NCBI GenBank assembly: GCA_038245905.1
Contig: JBBRRY010000003.1
Coordinates: 1 to 64,000, forward strand
Source of the DNA: Thermoanaerobaculia bacterium
Lineage (GTDB): Bacteria; Acidobacteriota; Thermoanaerobaculia; UBA5066
Length of the DNA stretch: 64,000 nt
Reading direction: 5' to 3'
Shown here: piece after piece, positions 10,113 through 20,013 of the stretch
Layout: each line of letters starts with the position of its first letter
Numbering within the stretch: the stretch's first letter is position 1
Made by a program: the position numbers and the translations under genes
Notes under the pieces: model-generated
Seen by the model: only the letters and a program-made list of their open reading frames with translations
The model's database searches: none
Told to the model about the DNA's origin: nothing

Positions 10113-11174
10113 TTAGAGGATGACGCCCTTCAGGGGCACCTTCACGTCGCCCTTGGCCTTGTCGGTCGTCTTGATGTGGAGCTCCCCTTCGAAGACGCCC
10201 TTCTTGATTTTCTGGTCGACCGTGAGGACGACCTGGACGCGCGACTTGTCGACGGCGACGATCTCGGCCGAGATGCCCGGCACGTTCGTCTCCGCCTTCG
10301 TGACCGCGAAGCTTGCCGCCTGCGCGTTGTTGTTGACGAGCATGACGTTGCGCTTGACGGCATCGCCCTTCGGGTCGAAGTTTCCAAAGTTGATGGAAAG
10401 GGGCGTGACGGAGACCGCCGGCTTCACGAACCCGGAGAGAGGAATCTCGATCTCGGGCTGCCGCTTGACGCCCGTCGCCACCTTCACGGTCCCGCCGAGA
10501 ATTCCTTCCGGCGCGTCGGCCGCCGCCGTCAGCGTGACCTTCCACTGGTTGGGGTTCTTGTCCTTGATGAGCTCCTTCTCCGGGACCGGGGAGAGGGCCG
10601 CCTTGAGGAACGTGTTCGGGGTTTCGACCTTCGAGGGCTTGAACTCCGCCTCGTCCGACACGAGGATGACGTCCGACGACGACGCCTCCCCGGACAGGGC
10701 CGTGATGCGGAAGAAGCCATAGGGAAGCGCCTCGACGAAGGGCTTCACGGTGGCCGAGATGAAGAGGGTCCTCTGCGGCGTCGACGGGTCGTCCGTCATG
10801 AGAAGCGCCGTCTTCGAGATCGGGCCCGAGAAGTTCTTCGTGTCGATCGTGAGGACCACCTTGCCCTCGGCCCCGGGCTTGATGACCTTGTCGAACTCCG
10901 GCACGGTGCAGCCGCAGGAGGGCTTCACGTCCGTCACGTGGAGATCGGCCTTACCCGTGTTCTTGAGGACGAAAACGTGCTTGATGGGCTCGCCCTTGGG
11001 AACCGTTCCGACGTCTTTTCTGTCCTCGGAAACGACGAGCTTGGGCCCGGCAGCGGCCGCGGCATCCGTCTTGGCCGGCGCCTGTGCAAGGAGACCATGG
11101 GCGCCCACCGCGGCGAGCGTGACGGCCGCGCCGAGAGCGAGAACCGTCCGGAGAGGGAATTTCGGGAACAACAT
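10113..11174 (-). CDS. DUF1573 domain (Ig-like) exported protein
   Basis: F.LKNTG...L....VKPSCGCT...I.PG motif; signal peptide; AAGGAGG RBS before ATG 11174 and TATACT -10 upstream. Confidence 0.85.
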   Translation of the reverse strand: MLFPKFPLRTVLALGAAVTLAAVGAHGLLAQAPAKTDAAAAAGPKLVVSEDRKDVGTVPKGEPIKHVFVLKNTGKADLHVTDVKPSCGCTVPEFDKVIKPGAEGKVVLTIDTKNFSGPISKTALLMTDDPSTPQRTLFISATVKPFVEALPYGFFRITALSGEASSSDVILVSDEAEFKPSKVETPNTFLKAALSPVPEKELIKDKNPNQWKVTLTAAADAPEGILGGTVKVATGVKRQPEIEIPLSGFVKPAVSVTPLSINFGNFDPKGDAVKRNVMLVNNNAQAASFAVTKAETNVPGISAEIVAVDKSRVQVVLTVDQKIKKGVFEGELHIKTTDKAKGDVKVPLKGVIL

Positions 11175-11351
11175 CGGGAGAAGCCTCCTTAGAAACGGGC
11201 GGGAAGCCGCCCCTCTGGCATTGGGAGTATACGTGCGAGACGCCCTACGGGGCGCCCGCGAAGGCCGACAAGACACGTCGAAATGTCGGCGTTCCAGGGT
11301 CGAACCTGTCGGACAAGCAAAGGTCGGGCCGCAACTTTCGTGGCGTACCCG

Positions 11352-11606
11352 ATTCCAATAGTCTGCGACGACGCGGGAGGAGGGATCGCCCGGGCTCTCC
11401 GGTGTGACGAAGAGGACGCCGTCCGCGCCGACACCGGTGCCCCGGCGGCACAGCTTGCGGATCGCGGCGATCTCGTTCTCGCCCCCTTCGACCCGTTTGC
11501 CGAAGACGAGAAAATCGTTGCCCGCCCCGCTCATCTTGGTGAACGAGAGCGGCAGGGCGCCGAGGGGCGAGGCGGCCGGGTTCGGCCATTCGGAGCCGTC
11601 CGTCAT
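11352..11606 (-). pseudogene. dapF: Truncated diaminopimelate epimerase (N-terminal ~85 codons only)
   Basis: FTKMSGAGNDF and LCRRGTGVGADG motifs; homology ends at YWN, before the catalytic CGNG motif; rest of the gene not seen. Confidence 0.8.
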
Positions 11607-12748
11607 TTCGCCGCCCCAATCGGGCTCTCGTTGCCGGATTTGTCCACGGCCGTCACGCCGTAGGCGCCCGCCGCGCCGGGTTCGGTCCCCGAGTCGAAGT
11701 AGACCGGATCCTTCAGACCGTCCGCGATCCTCTTCCAGCCGTCTTTCCCGCGGCGATAGACGCGATACGTGGCGAAGTCGCCCTCGAGGCTCGGGTTCCA
11801 TACGAGGCGCGCGCCTCTCGCTTCGAGAAGCACGAGGACTCCTTCCGGCGCCGGGGGTGGAAACACGTCTCGCGTGGACACCGGCACCTCGTCGGCCGCC
11901 GGGCCGAGAATGAGCGGGACCTCCGCGACGGGGGCGGCGCGCACGGTGTAGAAGTAGCCGAGGTCCGGCGCCACCGTGGCGTCCACGAACGTCGTCGCGC
12001 CGATGGCGACTCCAAGCGGACGATCCTCGTACTCCTCGTCCGCGGCCCCCCGTCGATAGACCGCGTAGCCCGCGATCTTCGCGGGGCGCGTTCCGTCGAG
12101 CATGGCGACGGGGGCGCGCCAGTCGAGACACACGCGTCCCTCCTCCACGGCCGCCACGACCGCGAACGGCCGGTCGGGAGGAACCCGTGGCAGCAGGGCG
12201 ACGAGCGGCGACAGTTCGGACACCTTTTTCCGGTCTCGCTGAGCCGTCACGCCGTACCTCAGGAACACGCGCCCGAGACGCCCCTCGCGAAAGAGCGGGA
12301 CGAGCGGATCCCGGACGACGACGTCTGGGCCGACCGTGGCGGCGTCGAGCTCCGCCCGCGACAGGGTCTGGATCGCTTCGGCGCGCGCCCGAAAGCCCTT
12401 CTCCTCGCGCTCCCGTGCGGCGGCTTCGGTCGGCGTCTCGGACGGTCTCTGGCCCTCGCGAGCGCCCAGGAGCTCGCGGTACACCGTCACACCCGTGAGA
12501 TTCGTCAGCGTCTCGCCCGCGTTCGTCCTCGACGGGTACGGAAAGCGCAGCACGACGTCGGAGCCTTCCTGCGAGAGGCGCACCGGCTCGATGCGCGCCG
12601 GCAGCACCTGAAGAGGCGGCTCGGGGGCGAGCTTGCGTCCGCAGCCGTGCGAAATGGAGAGAAAGACAAGCAAAAAAATTTCTGCGAATGGGTACCTTCG
12701 CGCGGGCACCGTTCGCTCGCGACGAGCGGAGGCGTTGCTCTTTCTCAT
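11603..12748 (-). CDS. Lipoprotein with LptM-like CG.K..P.PP N-terminus and fibronectin type III domains
   Basis: GCGRKLAPEPP; FN3 patterns (W..P...GY.VYR, Y.V.AVD.SGNES); start may be GTG 12709. Confidence 0.75.
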   Translation of the reverse strand: MRKSNASARRERTVPARRYPFAEIFLLVFLSISHGCGRKLAPEPPLQVLPARIEPVRLSQEGSDVVLRFPYPSRTNAGETLTNLTGVTVYRELLGAREGQRPSETPTEAAAREREEKGFRARAEAIQTLSRAELDAATVGPDVVVRDPLVPLFREGRLGRVFLRYGVTAQRDRKKVSELSPLVALLPRVPPDRPFAVVAAVEEGRVCLDWRAPVAMLDGTRPAKIAGYAVYRRGAADEEYEDRPLGVAIGATTFVDATVAPDLGYFYTVRAAPVAEVPLILGPAADEVPVSTRDVFPPPAPEGVLVLLEARGARLVWNPSLEGDFATYRVYRRGKDGWKRIADGLKDPVYFDSGTEPGAAGAYGVTAVDKSGNESPIGAAK

Positions 12749-12787
12749 TCGAAGAAAATCTTCATCCGATATTTCTCTCCGTCTCCC

Positions 12788-14167
12788 CTACAGCACGAAG
12801 CGCGAGAGATCCCGGTCTCTCACGAGGCTTGCGAGCGCGCGGTCGACGTATGCCTTGTCGACGACGATGCGCGCACCCGAAGCGTCGGGGCCCGCGAACG
12901 AGATCTCCTCGAGCACCGTTTCGAGGATTGTGTGGAGCCGCCGCGCACCGATGTTCTCGAGGTTGCGGTTCACCTCGGCCGCGGCTCGCGCGATTTCCTC
13001 GAGACCGTCTGCGGCGAAGACAAGCTCGATCCCGTCCGCCGCGAGAAGCGCGGCGGACTGTTTCGGAAGCGCATGCTCGGGTTCCGTGATGATGCGGAGG
13101 AAGTCTCCGTCCGTGAGGGCGTCGAGGGCCACCCGGATCGGGAAACGGCCCTGCAGCTCCGGAATGAGGTCCGAAGGCTTGGCCATGTGAAAGGCGCCCG
13201 CCGCGATGAAGAGGACGTGGTCCGTTTTCATCATCCCGTGCTTCGTCTTGACCGTCGTCCCCTCGACGAGGGGGAGGAGATCCCGCTGGACGCCCTCGCG
13301 TGAGACGTCGGGGCCGCCCCGCGCCCCTTCCTTGCCGGCGATCTTGTCGATCTCGTCGAGGAAGACGATGCCCGTCTCCTCCGCGCGCCGGACGGCCTCT
13401 TCGGGCACGGTGGCCTCGTCGGAAAGCGCGTCGGCCTCGCGCGTCACGAGGAGCGGACGCGCCTCGGACACCGGAAGCTTCACTTTTCTCTTTTTCGGCG
13501 CGCCGAACAGATTCGGAAGCATCGCAGGGAGATCGATGCCCATCTCCTCGACCCCTTGGGGGGTCATCACGGAGATCTGCGGCGTCCGCTCGTCCGTGAC
13601 CTCGACCTCGATCTCGCGCGCCTCGTGCTTGCCGTCGCGGAGATCCCGGCGGATCCGGTCGCGCCCGTTCTCAGGGCCGGCGCTCGCCCCCGTATCCGCC
13701 CGCCCCGTGTCCGCACGGACTGCCGGTCCGGCCGACAGAGAAACGACGAGGTGGTCCACGAGCCGCTCCTCCGCCGCCGCCGCCGCCCGGTCCGCCACGC
13801 GCGCGCGGCGCTCGTCCTTCACGAGCCGGATGGCCGCGTCGACGAGGTCACGCGCGATGGAGTCGACGTCGCGCCCGACGTAGCCGACTTCCGTGAACTT
13901 GGAGGCCTCGACTTTCACGAACGGCGCGTCCACGAGCCGCGCGAGCCGCCGCGCGATCTCCGTCTTGCCGACACCCGTGGGGCCGATCATGAGAATGTTC
14001 TTCGGCATCGTGTCGCGCTGAAGCTCCGGGGAGAGGCGCTGGCGCCGCCACCGGTCGCGCAGCGCGATCGCGACCGCGCGCTTGGCCTTCGTCTGGCCGA
14101 CCACGTGACGGTCGAGCTCGGCCACGATCTTTCGCGGCGAGAGGTCCTTGAGGAGAAGGGGCGTCAC
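12788..14167 (-). CDS. hslU: ATP-dependent protease ATPase subunit HslU
   Basis: [42 protein letters not shown]. Confidence 0.97.
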   Translation of the reverse strand: MTPLLLKDLSPRKIVAELDRHVVGQTKAKRAVAIALRDRWRRQRLSPELQRDTMPKNILMIGPTGVGKTEIARRLARLVDAPFVKVEASKFTEVGYVGRDVDSIARDLVDAAIRLVKDERRARVADRAAAAAEERLVDHLVVSLSAGPAVRADTGRADTGASAGPENGRDRIRRDLRDGKHEAREIEVEVTDERTPQISVMTPQGVEEMGIDLPAMLPNLFGAPKKRKVKLPVSEARPLLVTREADALSDEATVPEEAVRRAEETGIVFLDEIDKIAGKEGARGGPDVSREGVQRDLLPLVEGTTVKTKHGMMKTDHVLFIAAGAFHMAKPSDLIPELQGRFPIRVALDALTDGDFLRIITEPEHALPKQSAALLAADGIELVFAADGLEEIARAAAEVNRNLENIGARRLHTILETVLEEISFAGPDASGARIVVDKAYVDRALASLVRDRDLSRFVL

Positions 14168-14706
14168 GGTAGCGTTTCGACCCGGATCGTGTCGTTCGTG
14201 TAGATGTCGATGGACGCCGCGATCCGCAAGGCTTCCTTGACGATCACCGCGGCGTCGAGGGCCGTGTGCCGGAGGAGCGCATGGGCGGCGGCCGACGCGT
14301 ACGGACCGCCGGACCCGACGGCGAGGACACCTTCGTCGGGCGCGATGACGTCGCCTGTTCCCGAGAGGAGGAGGGACGTCTTCGCGTCCGCCACGACGAG
14401 GAGGGCCTCGAGCTGGCGCAGCGTCTTCTCCGTGCGCCAGTCGGTCGCGAGCTCGACGGCCGCACGCTCTAGCTGGCCGTGAAACTCCTCGAGCTTGCGC
14501 TCGAAGCGCGTGAACAGCGTCACGGCGTCCGCCGTCGAGCCCGCGAACCCCGCAAGGACTTTTCCGCCGAGGAGGCGACGCACCTTCGAGGCACCGCTCT
14601 TCATGATCGTCGTCCCCATCGTCACCTGGCCGTCGCCGCCGAGCGCGACGAGGCCGTCCCTCCTTACGCAGAGGATCGTGGTGTGCGTGAAGCGCGGTCC
14701 GCCCAT
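14164..14706 (-). CDS. hslV: ATP-dependent protease subunit HslV
   Basis: [26 protein letters not shown]. Confidence 0.97.
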   Translation of the reverse strand: MGGPRFTHTTILCVRRDGLVALGGDGQVTMGTTIMKSGASKVRRLLGGKVLAGFAGSTADAVTLFTRFERKLEEFHGQLERAAVELATDWRTEKTLRQLEALLVVADAKTSLLLSGTGDVIAPDEGVLAVGSGGPYASAAAHALLRHTALDAAVIVKEALRIAASIDIYTNDTIRVETLP

Positions 14707-14747
14707 CGACTAGAGAGTCTAGCCCGTCCGTCTGGGTCAGCCGGGGG

Positions 14748-15683
14748 TCAGTCGGGCTCCTCTGCCCTGGGATGGCTCTTGCGATAGACCTCCATGAGGC
14801 GCTCGGCGTCGAGGTGCGTGTAGCGCTGCGTCGTCGAGAGCGAGGCGTGGCCGAGGAGCTCCTGGATGGACCGCAGGTCCGCCCCGGCGGCGAGGAGGTG
14901 CGTCGCGAAGGAATGCCGGAGCGCGTGCGGCGACGCGTGGCGGGGCACCGCGGCCTCCTGGATGGCCCGGTCGAGCACGCGGCGCACGCTGCGGTCCGTC
15001 AGCCGGCCGGCCCGCGCATTCAGGAAGACGATCTCGGCATCCCGCGCCGTGGGCGCAAACGACGCCCTCGCCCCGAGCCAGGCGCCGAGCGCCGCCGCGG
15101 CCGGCTTGCCGAACGGCACGACCCGTTCCTTGCGACCCTTGCCGACCGTACGCACCTGCCTGAGGGAGAGATCGACGTCCTCGAGGCGGAGCCCCACGAG
15201 CTCCGACACCCTTAGCCCCGTCGCGTAAAGGAGCTCGAGGAGGGCGTGATCCCGGACACCGAGCGCGCCTTCCCGGCCTTTCGCCTCGACGACCGCCGTC
15301 GCCTCGCTTACGGAAAGTATCCGCGGCAGGGTCTGGTCGTGCCGCGGCGTTCCGACTGCCTTCGCGGGATTCACATTCACGCGGCCCTCGCCCTTCAGGA
15401 ACGCGAAGAACGTGCGAAGGGCCGACAGGTGCCGGCCCATCGACGTCTTCGAGATTCCCTCGGTCCTGAGGTACGCAAGGTACGAACGAACCGCGAGCGT
15501 GTCGACATCCCCAGCGCTGAGCGCGGCGGGAGGCCGGTTCCAGAAGACGGCCGAGAGAAAGGCGGAAAAGCGGGCGAGATCCGCGCCGTACGCGGCGCGC
15601 GTGTGGGGCGAGACGCGGCGTTCGTCGGCCAGGTGGCGGTCGAACGCCGCGACGTCCGCGGTGAAGGAGGCGCTTTTTACGAT
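14748..15683 (-). CDS. xerC: Tyrosine recombinase XerC (start codon unclear)
   Basis: LYATGLRVSEL, GKGRKER, PHALRHSFATHLL, LGHASLSTTQRY; directly upstream of hslVU. Confidence 0.9.
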   Translation of the reverse strand: MVKSASFTADVAAFDRHLADERRVSPHTRAAYGADLARFSAFLSAVFWNRPPAALSAGDVDTLAVRSYLAYLRTEGISKTSMGRHLSALRTFFAFLKGEGRVNVNPAKAVGTPRHDQTLPRILSVSEATAVVEAKGREGALGVRDHALLELLYATGLRVSELVGLRLEDVDLSLRQVRTVGKGRKERVVPFGKPAAAALGAWLGARASFAPTARDAEIVFLNARAGRLTDRSVRRVLDRAIQEAAVPRHASPHALRHSFATHLLAAGADLRSIQELLGHASLSTTQRYTHLDAERLMEVYRKSHPRAEEPD

Positions 15684-15690
15684 GGCTTCT

Positions 15691-16023
15691 TCACAGGCTT
15701 TTTTTCGCCAGGCTCCGGACCTCGGCGGCCAGCGCCTTGATCTCGGGCTCGGTGAGTTTCTTGCCGAAGGCCGGCATCTCGTCGTGGCCCTTCGTGATCG
15801 ACTTAACGATGCGTGCGTCGTCGATCGTGTCCTGCCACTTCGCGTTCGTGAGATTCCGCGCTTTCTTCTTCTTTCCTTGTTCCGTCTGCCCTTTGCCGTC
15901 GTCACCGTGACACACCGCGCAGTGCGTCTGCCAGTTCTCCGAACGCGCGTCGTCCGCTCGAAGGGCATGAGCCGAGACGAAAAGGAGAGCGGTGGAGAGG
16001 GTGACGAGGGTGTTCTTCTTCAC
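15691..16023 (-). CDS. Class I monoheme cytochrome c
   Basis: Signal peptide; CAVCH heme motif; distal MPAF; GGAGG RBS. Confidence 0.9.
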   Translation of the reverse strand: MKKNTLVTLSTALLFVSAHALRADDARSENWQTHCAVCHGDDGKGQTEQGKKKKARNLTNAKWQDTIDDARIVKSITKGHDEMPAFGKKLTEPEIKALAAEVRSLAKKSL

Positions 16024-16067
16024 GCGGGTCCTCCCTTGTAGAGCGCGATTCTACGGGGTTCGCCCGT

Positions 16068-17429
16068 TCATGACGACCGGAGGGCCCGCGCCGGCAGCGC
16101 CTCTTCGCGCCACCGAAGGACAGCGTCCAACGCGCGGCGGCCAATCTCGGCGCGGCGCTTCGCGCGATCCCGGATTGGCGGGACGCCCGGTACCTCCGCG
16201 TCCTCGATGAGGCCGAATGTCACGTTCATGGGCGTGTACTCCTGCTCGCGCGGGAAAGAGACGTGCTTCGCGAGGGAGCCGAGCGCCGTCGTGAAGGGAA
16301 GGGCCTTCGGCGGACGGCCCTCCAGGAGCTGCGCGAGGGTGCATCCCACCATGAGCCCCGTGGCCGCCGACTCGAGATAGCCCTCGACGCCCGTGAGCTG
16401 GCCCGCGAAGAAGACGCGGGGGTCCTTCTTCCAGCGAAACAGCGCATCGAGATGCGCGGGTCCGTTGATGTACGTGTTGCGATGGAGCATCCCGAAGCGC
16501 ACGAACTCGGCCTTCTCGAGGCCCGGCAGCATCCGGAAGACACGTTTCTGCTCGCCGACCCTGAGCTTCGTCTGGAATCCCACGAGGTTGAAGTGCTCGC
16601 GCGCGAGATCGTCCTGGCGGAGCTGCACGACCGCGTACGGCTCCTTCCCTGTCCTCGGATCGGCGAGCCCGAACGGCTTCATCGGGCCGTGGCGCAACGT
16701 CTCGATCCCGCGTTCGGCCATCGCCTCGATCGGGAGGCACCCCTCGAAATAGACGGCCTTCTCGAAGTCGTGGAAGGCCACCTTCTCGCCGTCGAGGAGC
16801 TCCTTCACGAAGGCCTCGTAGTCCGGCCTCGAGAGCGGAACGTTGAGGTAGTCGTCGCCTCCGCCCTTGCCCCACCTGGAGAGCGCGTAGAGCTTCGTGG
16901 CGTCGAGCGACGCCAATTCCACGATCGGCGCCATCGCGTCGTAGAAATAGAGGTACTTCTCTCCGAGCGCCACGAGCAGAGCCTTTTCCAGAGCCGGGGA
17001 GGTGAGCGGACCCGTCGCGATCACGGCGTAGTCCTCCCCCGTCTCGGGCATGGACTCCGCCTCGGCGCGTACGATCTCGAGAAGGGGCTCTTTGCCGAGG
17101 CGGCGCGTGACGGCCTCCGCGAATACGGCGCGGTCCACCGCGAGCGCGTCGCCGGCCGGCACGGCCGCCTTCCTTGCCTCCTCCAGGATGAGCGAGCCGA
17201 TCGACTCCATTTCGCGCTTCAGGAGTCCCACCGCGTTCGCCGGGTTGTCCGAGCGGAAGGAGTTCGAGCACACCATCTCGGCGAATCGGTCCGTGGCGTG
17301 GGCGTCCGTCGTTCTGATTGGCCGCATCTCGACGAGACGTACGCGGTGGCCTCGGCGCAGAAGCTGGTGCGCGCACTCGACGCCCGCGAAGCCGCCGCCG
17401 ATGATCGTCACGGCCGGAGAACCCGTCAT
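16068..17429 (-). CDS. trmFO: Folate-dependent tRNA (uracil-5-)-methyltransferase TrmFO
   Basis: IGGGFAG, EMRP, CSNSF, ATGPLT, GPMKP.GL, VVQLRQ, FAGQLTGVEGY. Confidence 0.95.
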   Translation of the reverse strand: MTGSPAVTIIGGGFAGVECAHQLLRRGHRVRLVEMRPIRTTDAHATDRFAEMVCSNSFRSDNPANAVGLLKREMESIGSLILEEARKAAVPAGDALAVDRAVFAEAVTRRLGKEPLLEIVRAEAESMPETGEDYAVIATGPLTSPALEKALLVALGEKYLYFYDAMAPIVELASLDATKLYALSRWGKGGGDDYLNVPLSRPDYEAFVKELLDGEKVAFHDFEKAVYFEGCLPIEAMAERGIETLRHGPMKPFGLADPRTGKEPYAVVQLRQDDLAREHFNLVGFQTKLRVGEQKRVFRMLPGLEKAEFVRFGMLHRNTYINGPAHLDALFRWKKDPRVFFAGQLTGVEGYLESAATGLMVGCTLAQLLEGRPPKALPFTTALGSLAKHVSFPREQEYTPMNVTFGLIEDAEVPGVPPIRDRAKRRAEIGRRALDAVLRWREEALPARALRSS

Positions 17430-17468
17430 GCGCGGATTCTGATCCCGGAGTCTCCTCCCGTCGACCCT

Positions 17469-17484
17469 GGGCACATCCTTTGCG
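17469..17484 (+). promoter_or_regulatory. Candidate sigma-54 promoter
   Basis: GGGCAC-ATCCT-TTGC matches TGGCAC-N5-TTGC spacing, ~120 nt upstream of the DUF4398/OmpA pair. Confidence 0.5.
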
Positions 17485-17604
17485 TAGAAGCCCTCGCGAC
17501 GAGGCGGCGTGAAAGAACTTCCGACAAGGGATTTCCCAGCGTCGCCGAGTCTCGAGTCCGCAGGCGCTTGAATGCTGCGGGCCGGATCCTCAGGAGGTGG
17601 TGTC

Positions 17605-18012
17605 ATGCGCTCAGAGGAAATGATCAGAACGAGAAACCGGTTCGCCTCCGTCTGCCTCGGGCTCGCGCTCGCGACAACGGTCGGCTGCGCTTCGGGCACG
17701 AAGGTCGCGGACCAGGAAGTCGGCGACGTCGAGCTCTCGATTCGTTCCGCCGAGAACGCGACCGCCACCCAGCACGCCAAGGTGATGCTCGACCGAGCGC
17801 GAAACGCCCTGTCGGCCGCACAGAGCGAGCGAGCGAAGGGTAACGACGGGATGGCGCGCGAGCGGCTCGAAGAGGCGCGGTCCGCGGCCAGCGCTGCCGA
17901 GAGCCAGGCCAAGTCGGTTCAGGTCCAGGAGCAAGACGCCGCCCTGAAGCGCCAGATCGAGGAGATCGACCGGCGGATCCGCGAGTTCAACGCCCAGGCG
18001 TCGCGGCGATAA
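17605..18012 (+). CDS. DUF4398 domain lipoprotein
   Basis: Lipobox VGC; Ala-rich helical DUF4398 pattern; AGGAGG RBS. Confidence 0.75.
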   Translation: MRSEEMIRTRNRFASVCLGLALATTVGCASGTKVADQEVGDVELSIRSAENATATQHAKVMLDRARNALSAAQSERAKGNDGMARERLEEARSAASAAESQAKSVQVQEQDAALKRQIEEIDRRIREFNAQASRR

Positions 18013-18023
18013 GGAGCACGACA

Positions 18024-19202
18024 ATGAGACAGACGCGTATTTCACCCGGTGTAAGGTTCTCCCTCGTCGGCGCGGCGGCCCTCGGCGTTTTCGTTCTTGC
18101 GGGCTGCGCGGGAACGAAGCCCGAGCCCCTCGAGCTGCGGGATGCGCGCCTCGCCATCCAGGACGCACGGAGCGCCGGCGCCCAGGCCGGAGCGCCTGAC
18201 CTTCTCGCGGCCGCGCAGGCCCACCTGACGACCGCCGAGAACACCTTCAAAGCGTCGGGCGACGTCGACCAATCCGCCCATTACGCTCGACTCGCCGAGA
18301 CGGAGGCGCGCGACGCCCAGTACCGCGCGGTCTCGCGAAACGCCCGCCTGTCGGTGGAGGCCGCAACCCGGCACCGTGCCGAGCTCGAGGTCGCCGTCCG
18401 CGACGCCGAGATCAAGGCTCTGGCCGCGCGTGCCCAGTCGGACGCCGAGAGGGCTCTCGTTGCATCGGAATTCCGGGCACGAGAGGAGCGCGCGCGCCTG
18501 GACGCCGCGGCGCGGGCCCGCGAGGCCGAGCAGCAGACCGCGGACGAGCGCGTGCGGGTTCTCCAGGCGCAGTTGGACGCCGAACGGCAGAAGACCACCG
18601 AGCAGCAGCAGCAGGCGCAGATGGATTCCCTGAAAGCGCAGATCGAGGAGCAGAAGAGGGCCGCAGGCGCCGCGCGCAGAGCCGCCGAGGAGCAAGTTGC
18701 CGCCGCCCGCGGCGCCGCGGAGGCGGAGCGGGCACGCGCGGCCGAGGCTCGCCGCGAAGCCGAGCAGGCCATCTCCCGCGAGAAGTCGCAGGGCGATCTC
18801 CTCGCGCGGCTGCAGGCGATCGAGGCGTCCGCCCGCATGGAGGCGCGCGGCATCGTCCTCACGCTTCCCGGCAGCGTGTACTTCGACACCGGGCGCGCGG
18901 ACGTGAAGACAGGCTCCGCCGAACGCATCGCGCGGATCGCCGAGGCACTCGCGGGAGCACTGGACCGAAAGATCCTCGTCGACGGGCACACGGACTCGAC
19001 AGGGTCCGCCGCGACGAACGTGCGGCTGTCGGGGCTGAGGGCCGAGTCGGTCAAGGCGATCCTCGTCGCCCACGGCGTCTCGCCGGACCGCATCGAGACC
19101 CATGGCTACGCGGCCGCGAAGCCCGTCGCGAGCAATGCGACGCCCGGGGGCCGCAGCCAGAACCGCCGCGTGGAGGTCGTCGTCCAGGGCGGCGCCCGCT
19201 GA
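18024..19202 (+). CDS. OmpA-family lipoprotein with DUF4398 and long coiled coil
   Basis: LAGC lipobox; C-terminal GHTDSTG...N..LS..RA...NRRVE. Confidence 0.9.
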   Translation: MRQTRISPGVRFSLVGAAALGVFVLAGCAGTKPEPLELRDARLAIQDARSAGAQAGAPDLLAAAQAHLTTAENTFKASGDVDQSAHYARLAETEARDAQYRAVSRNARLSVEAATRHRAELEVAVRDAEIKALAARAQSDAERALVASEFRAREERARLDAAARAREAEQQTADERVRVLQAQLDAERQKTTEQQQQAQMDSLKAQIEEQKRAAGAARRAAEEQVAAARGAAEAERARAAEARREAEQAISREKSQGDLLARLQAIEASARMEARGIVLTLPGSVYFDTGRADVKTGSAERIARIAEALAGALDRKILVDGHTDSTGSAATNVRLSGLRAESVKAILVAHGVSPDRIETHGYAAAKPVASNATPGGRSQNRRVEVVVQGGAR

Positions 19203-19286
19203 CGGGACACCCGCTCGTGGGGCGGGTCGAGTGCCGCTCGTCGGCGAGACGTTTCGGTACCGTATCCTCACGAGCGCGGTGAGCCC

Positions 19287-20003
19287 GTGACGGACGCCCC
19301 GGGAAAGTTCGCGCCGAACGCCGAGGTCTACGAGGCCGGCTACTACGAGAGGATGTACCGCCCGCACTGGTTCCTCAGGAACCGGCGGAAATACGAGGAG
19401 CGCGATGCAGCGCTGTTGCGCCTCGTGCGGCCCTCGGCGACGACGCGCCTCCTCGAGGTCGGCTCGGCGCGCGGGGACACGGCGTTCTTCTTCGCGCCGC
19501 ACGTCGCGGAGGTCGTCGGGATCGACGCCGCGAGCGCAGCGGTCGCGTCGGCGCGCGCCGAGAAGGCCGCGCGGGACGTCCACAACGTGCGCTTCGAGGA
19601 AGCGGATGCCAAGGACCTCGGGACGGCGCCCGGCGGCCCTTTTGACGTCGTCCTTCTCGCGGACTTCGTCGAGCACGTTCTCGACGACGTCCTCCTCCCG
19701 TGTCTTCGAAGCGCGCGCCTCGCGCTTCGTCCGGGAGGCGCTCTCGCGATCTACACGCCGAACAGCGACCACTGGGCCGAACGGATCAAGGCGGCCGTGC
19801 CGGGGGCGCAGCAGGAGGACCACATCGCCGTCCGGTCCTCCGCCCGCGTCGTCGCGCTCGTCCGGGAGGCCGGCTTTACGCCCCAGGACCTCTTCTTCTC
19901 CGCGAGCCCGTATCCGCTCCTCGGCGCCGTCGACCGCGCGCTCCCGATGGTCGGCCTCTTCCGTTTCCGGACGTGCCTCCGGGCGATAACGTCCCCCGCA
20001 TGA
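19287..20003 (+). CDS. Class I SAM-dependent methyltransferase
   Basis: LEVGSARG, GID, FD.V...D.VEH, LRPGG. Confidence 0.85.
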   Translation: MTDAPGKFAPNAEVYEAGYYERMYRPHWFLRNRRKYEERDAALLRLVRPSATTRLLEVGSARGDTAFFFAPHVAEVVGIDAASAAVASARAEKAARDVHNVRFEEADAKDLGTAPGGPFDVVLLADFVEHVLDDVLLPCLRSARLALRPGGALAIYTPNSDHWAERIKAAVPGAQQEDHIAVRSSARVVALVREAGFTPQDLFFSASPYPLLGAVDRALPMVGLFRFRTCLRAITSPA

Positions 20004-20013
20004 AGGTTTCTCG

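Noticed and set aside
10113-12131. 672-aa DapF-DUF1573 fusion ORF
   Set aside because: The joining segment has its own -10 and AAGGAGG RBS before a signal peptide; read-through appears incidental
14748-15683. Tyrosine recombinase as a prophage or ICE integrase
   Set aside because: The trmFO-hslVU context and sequence are typical of housekeeping XerC; no cargo genes or att/tRNA site
15691-15706. A7 run as a programmed frameshift fusing cytochrome c to XerC
   Set aside because: A -1 slip hits TAA, and an exported heme-recombinase fusion is implausible
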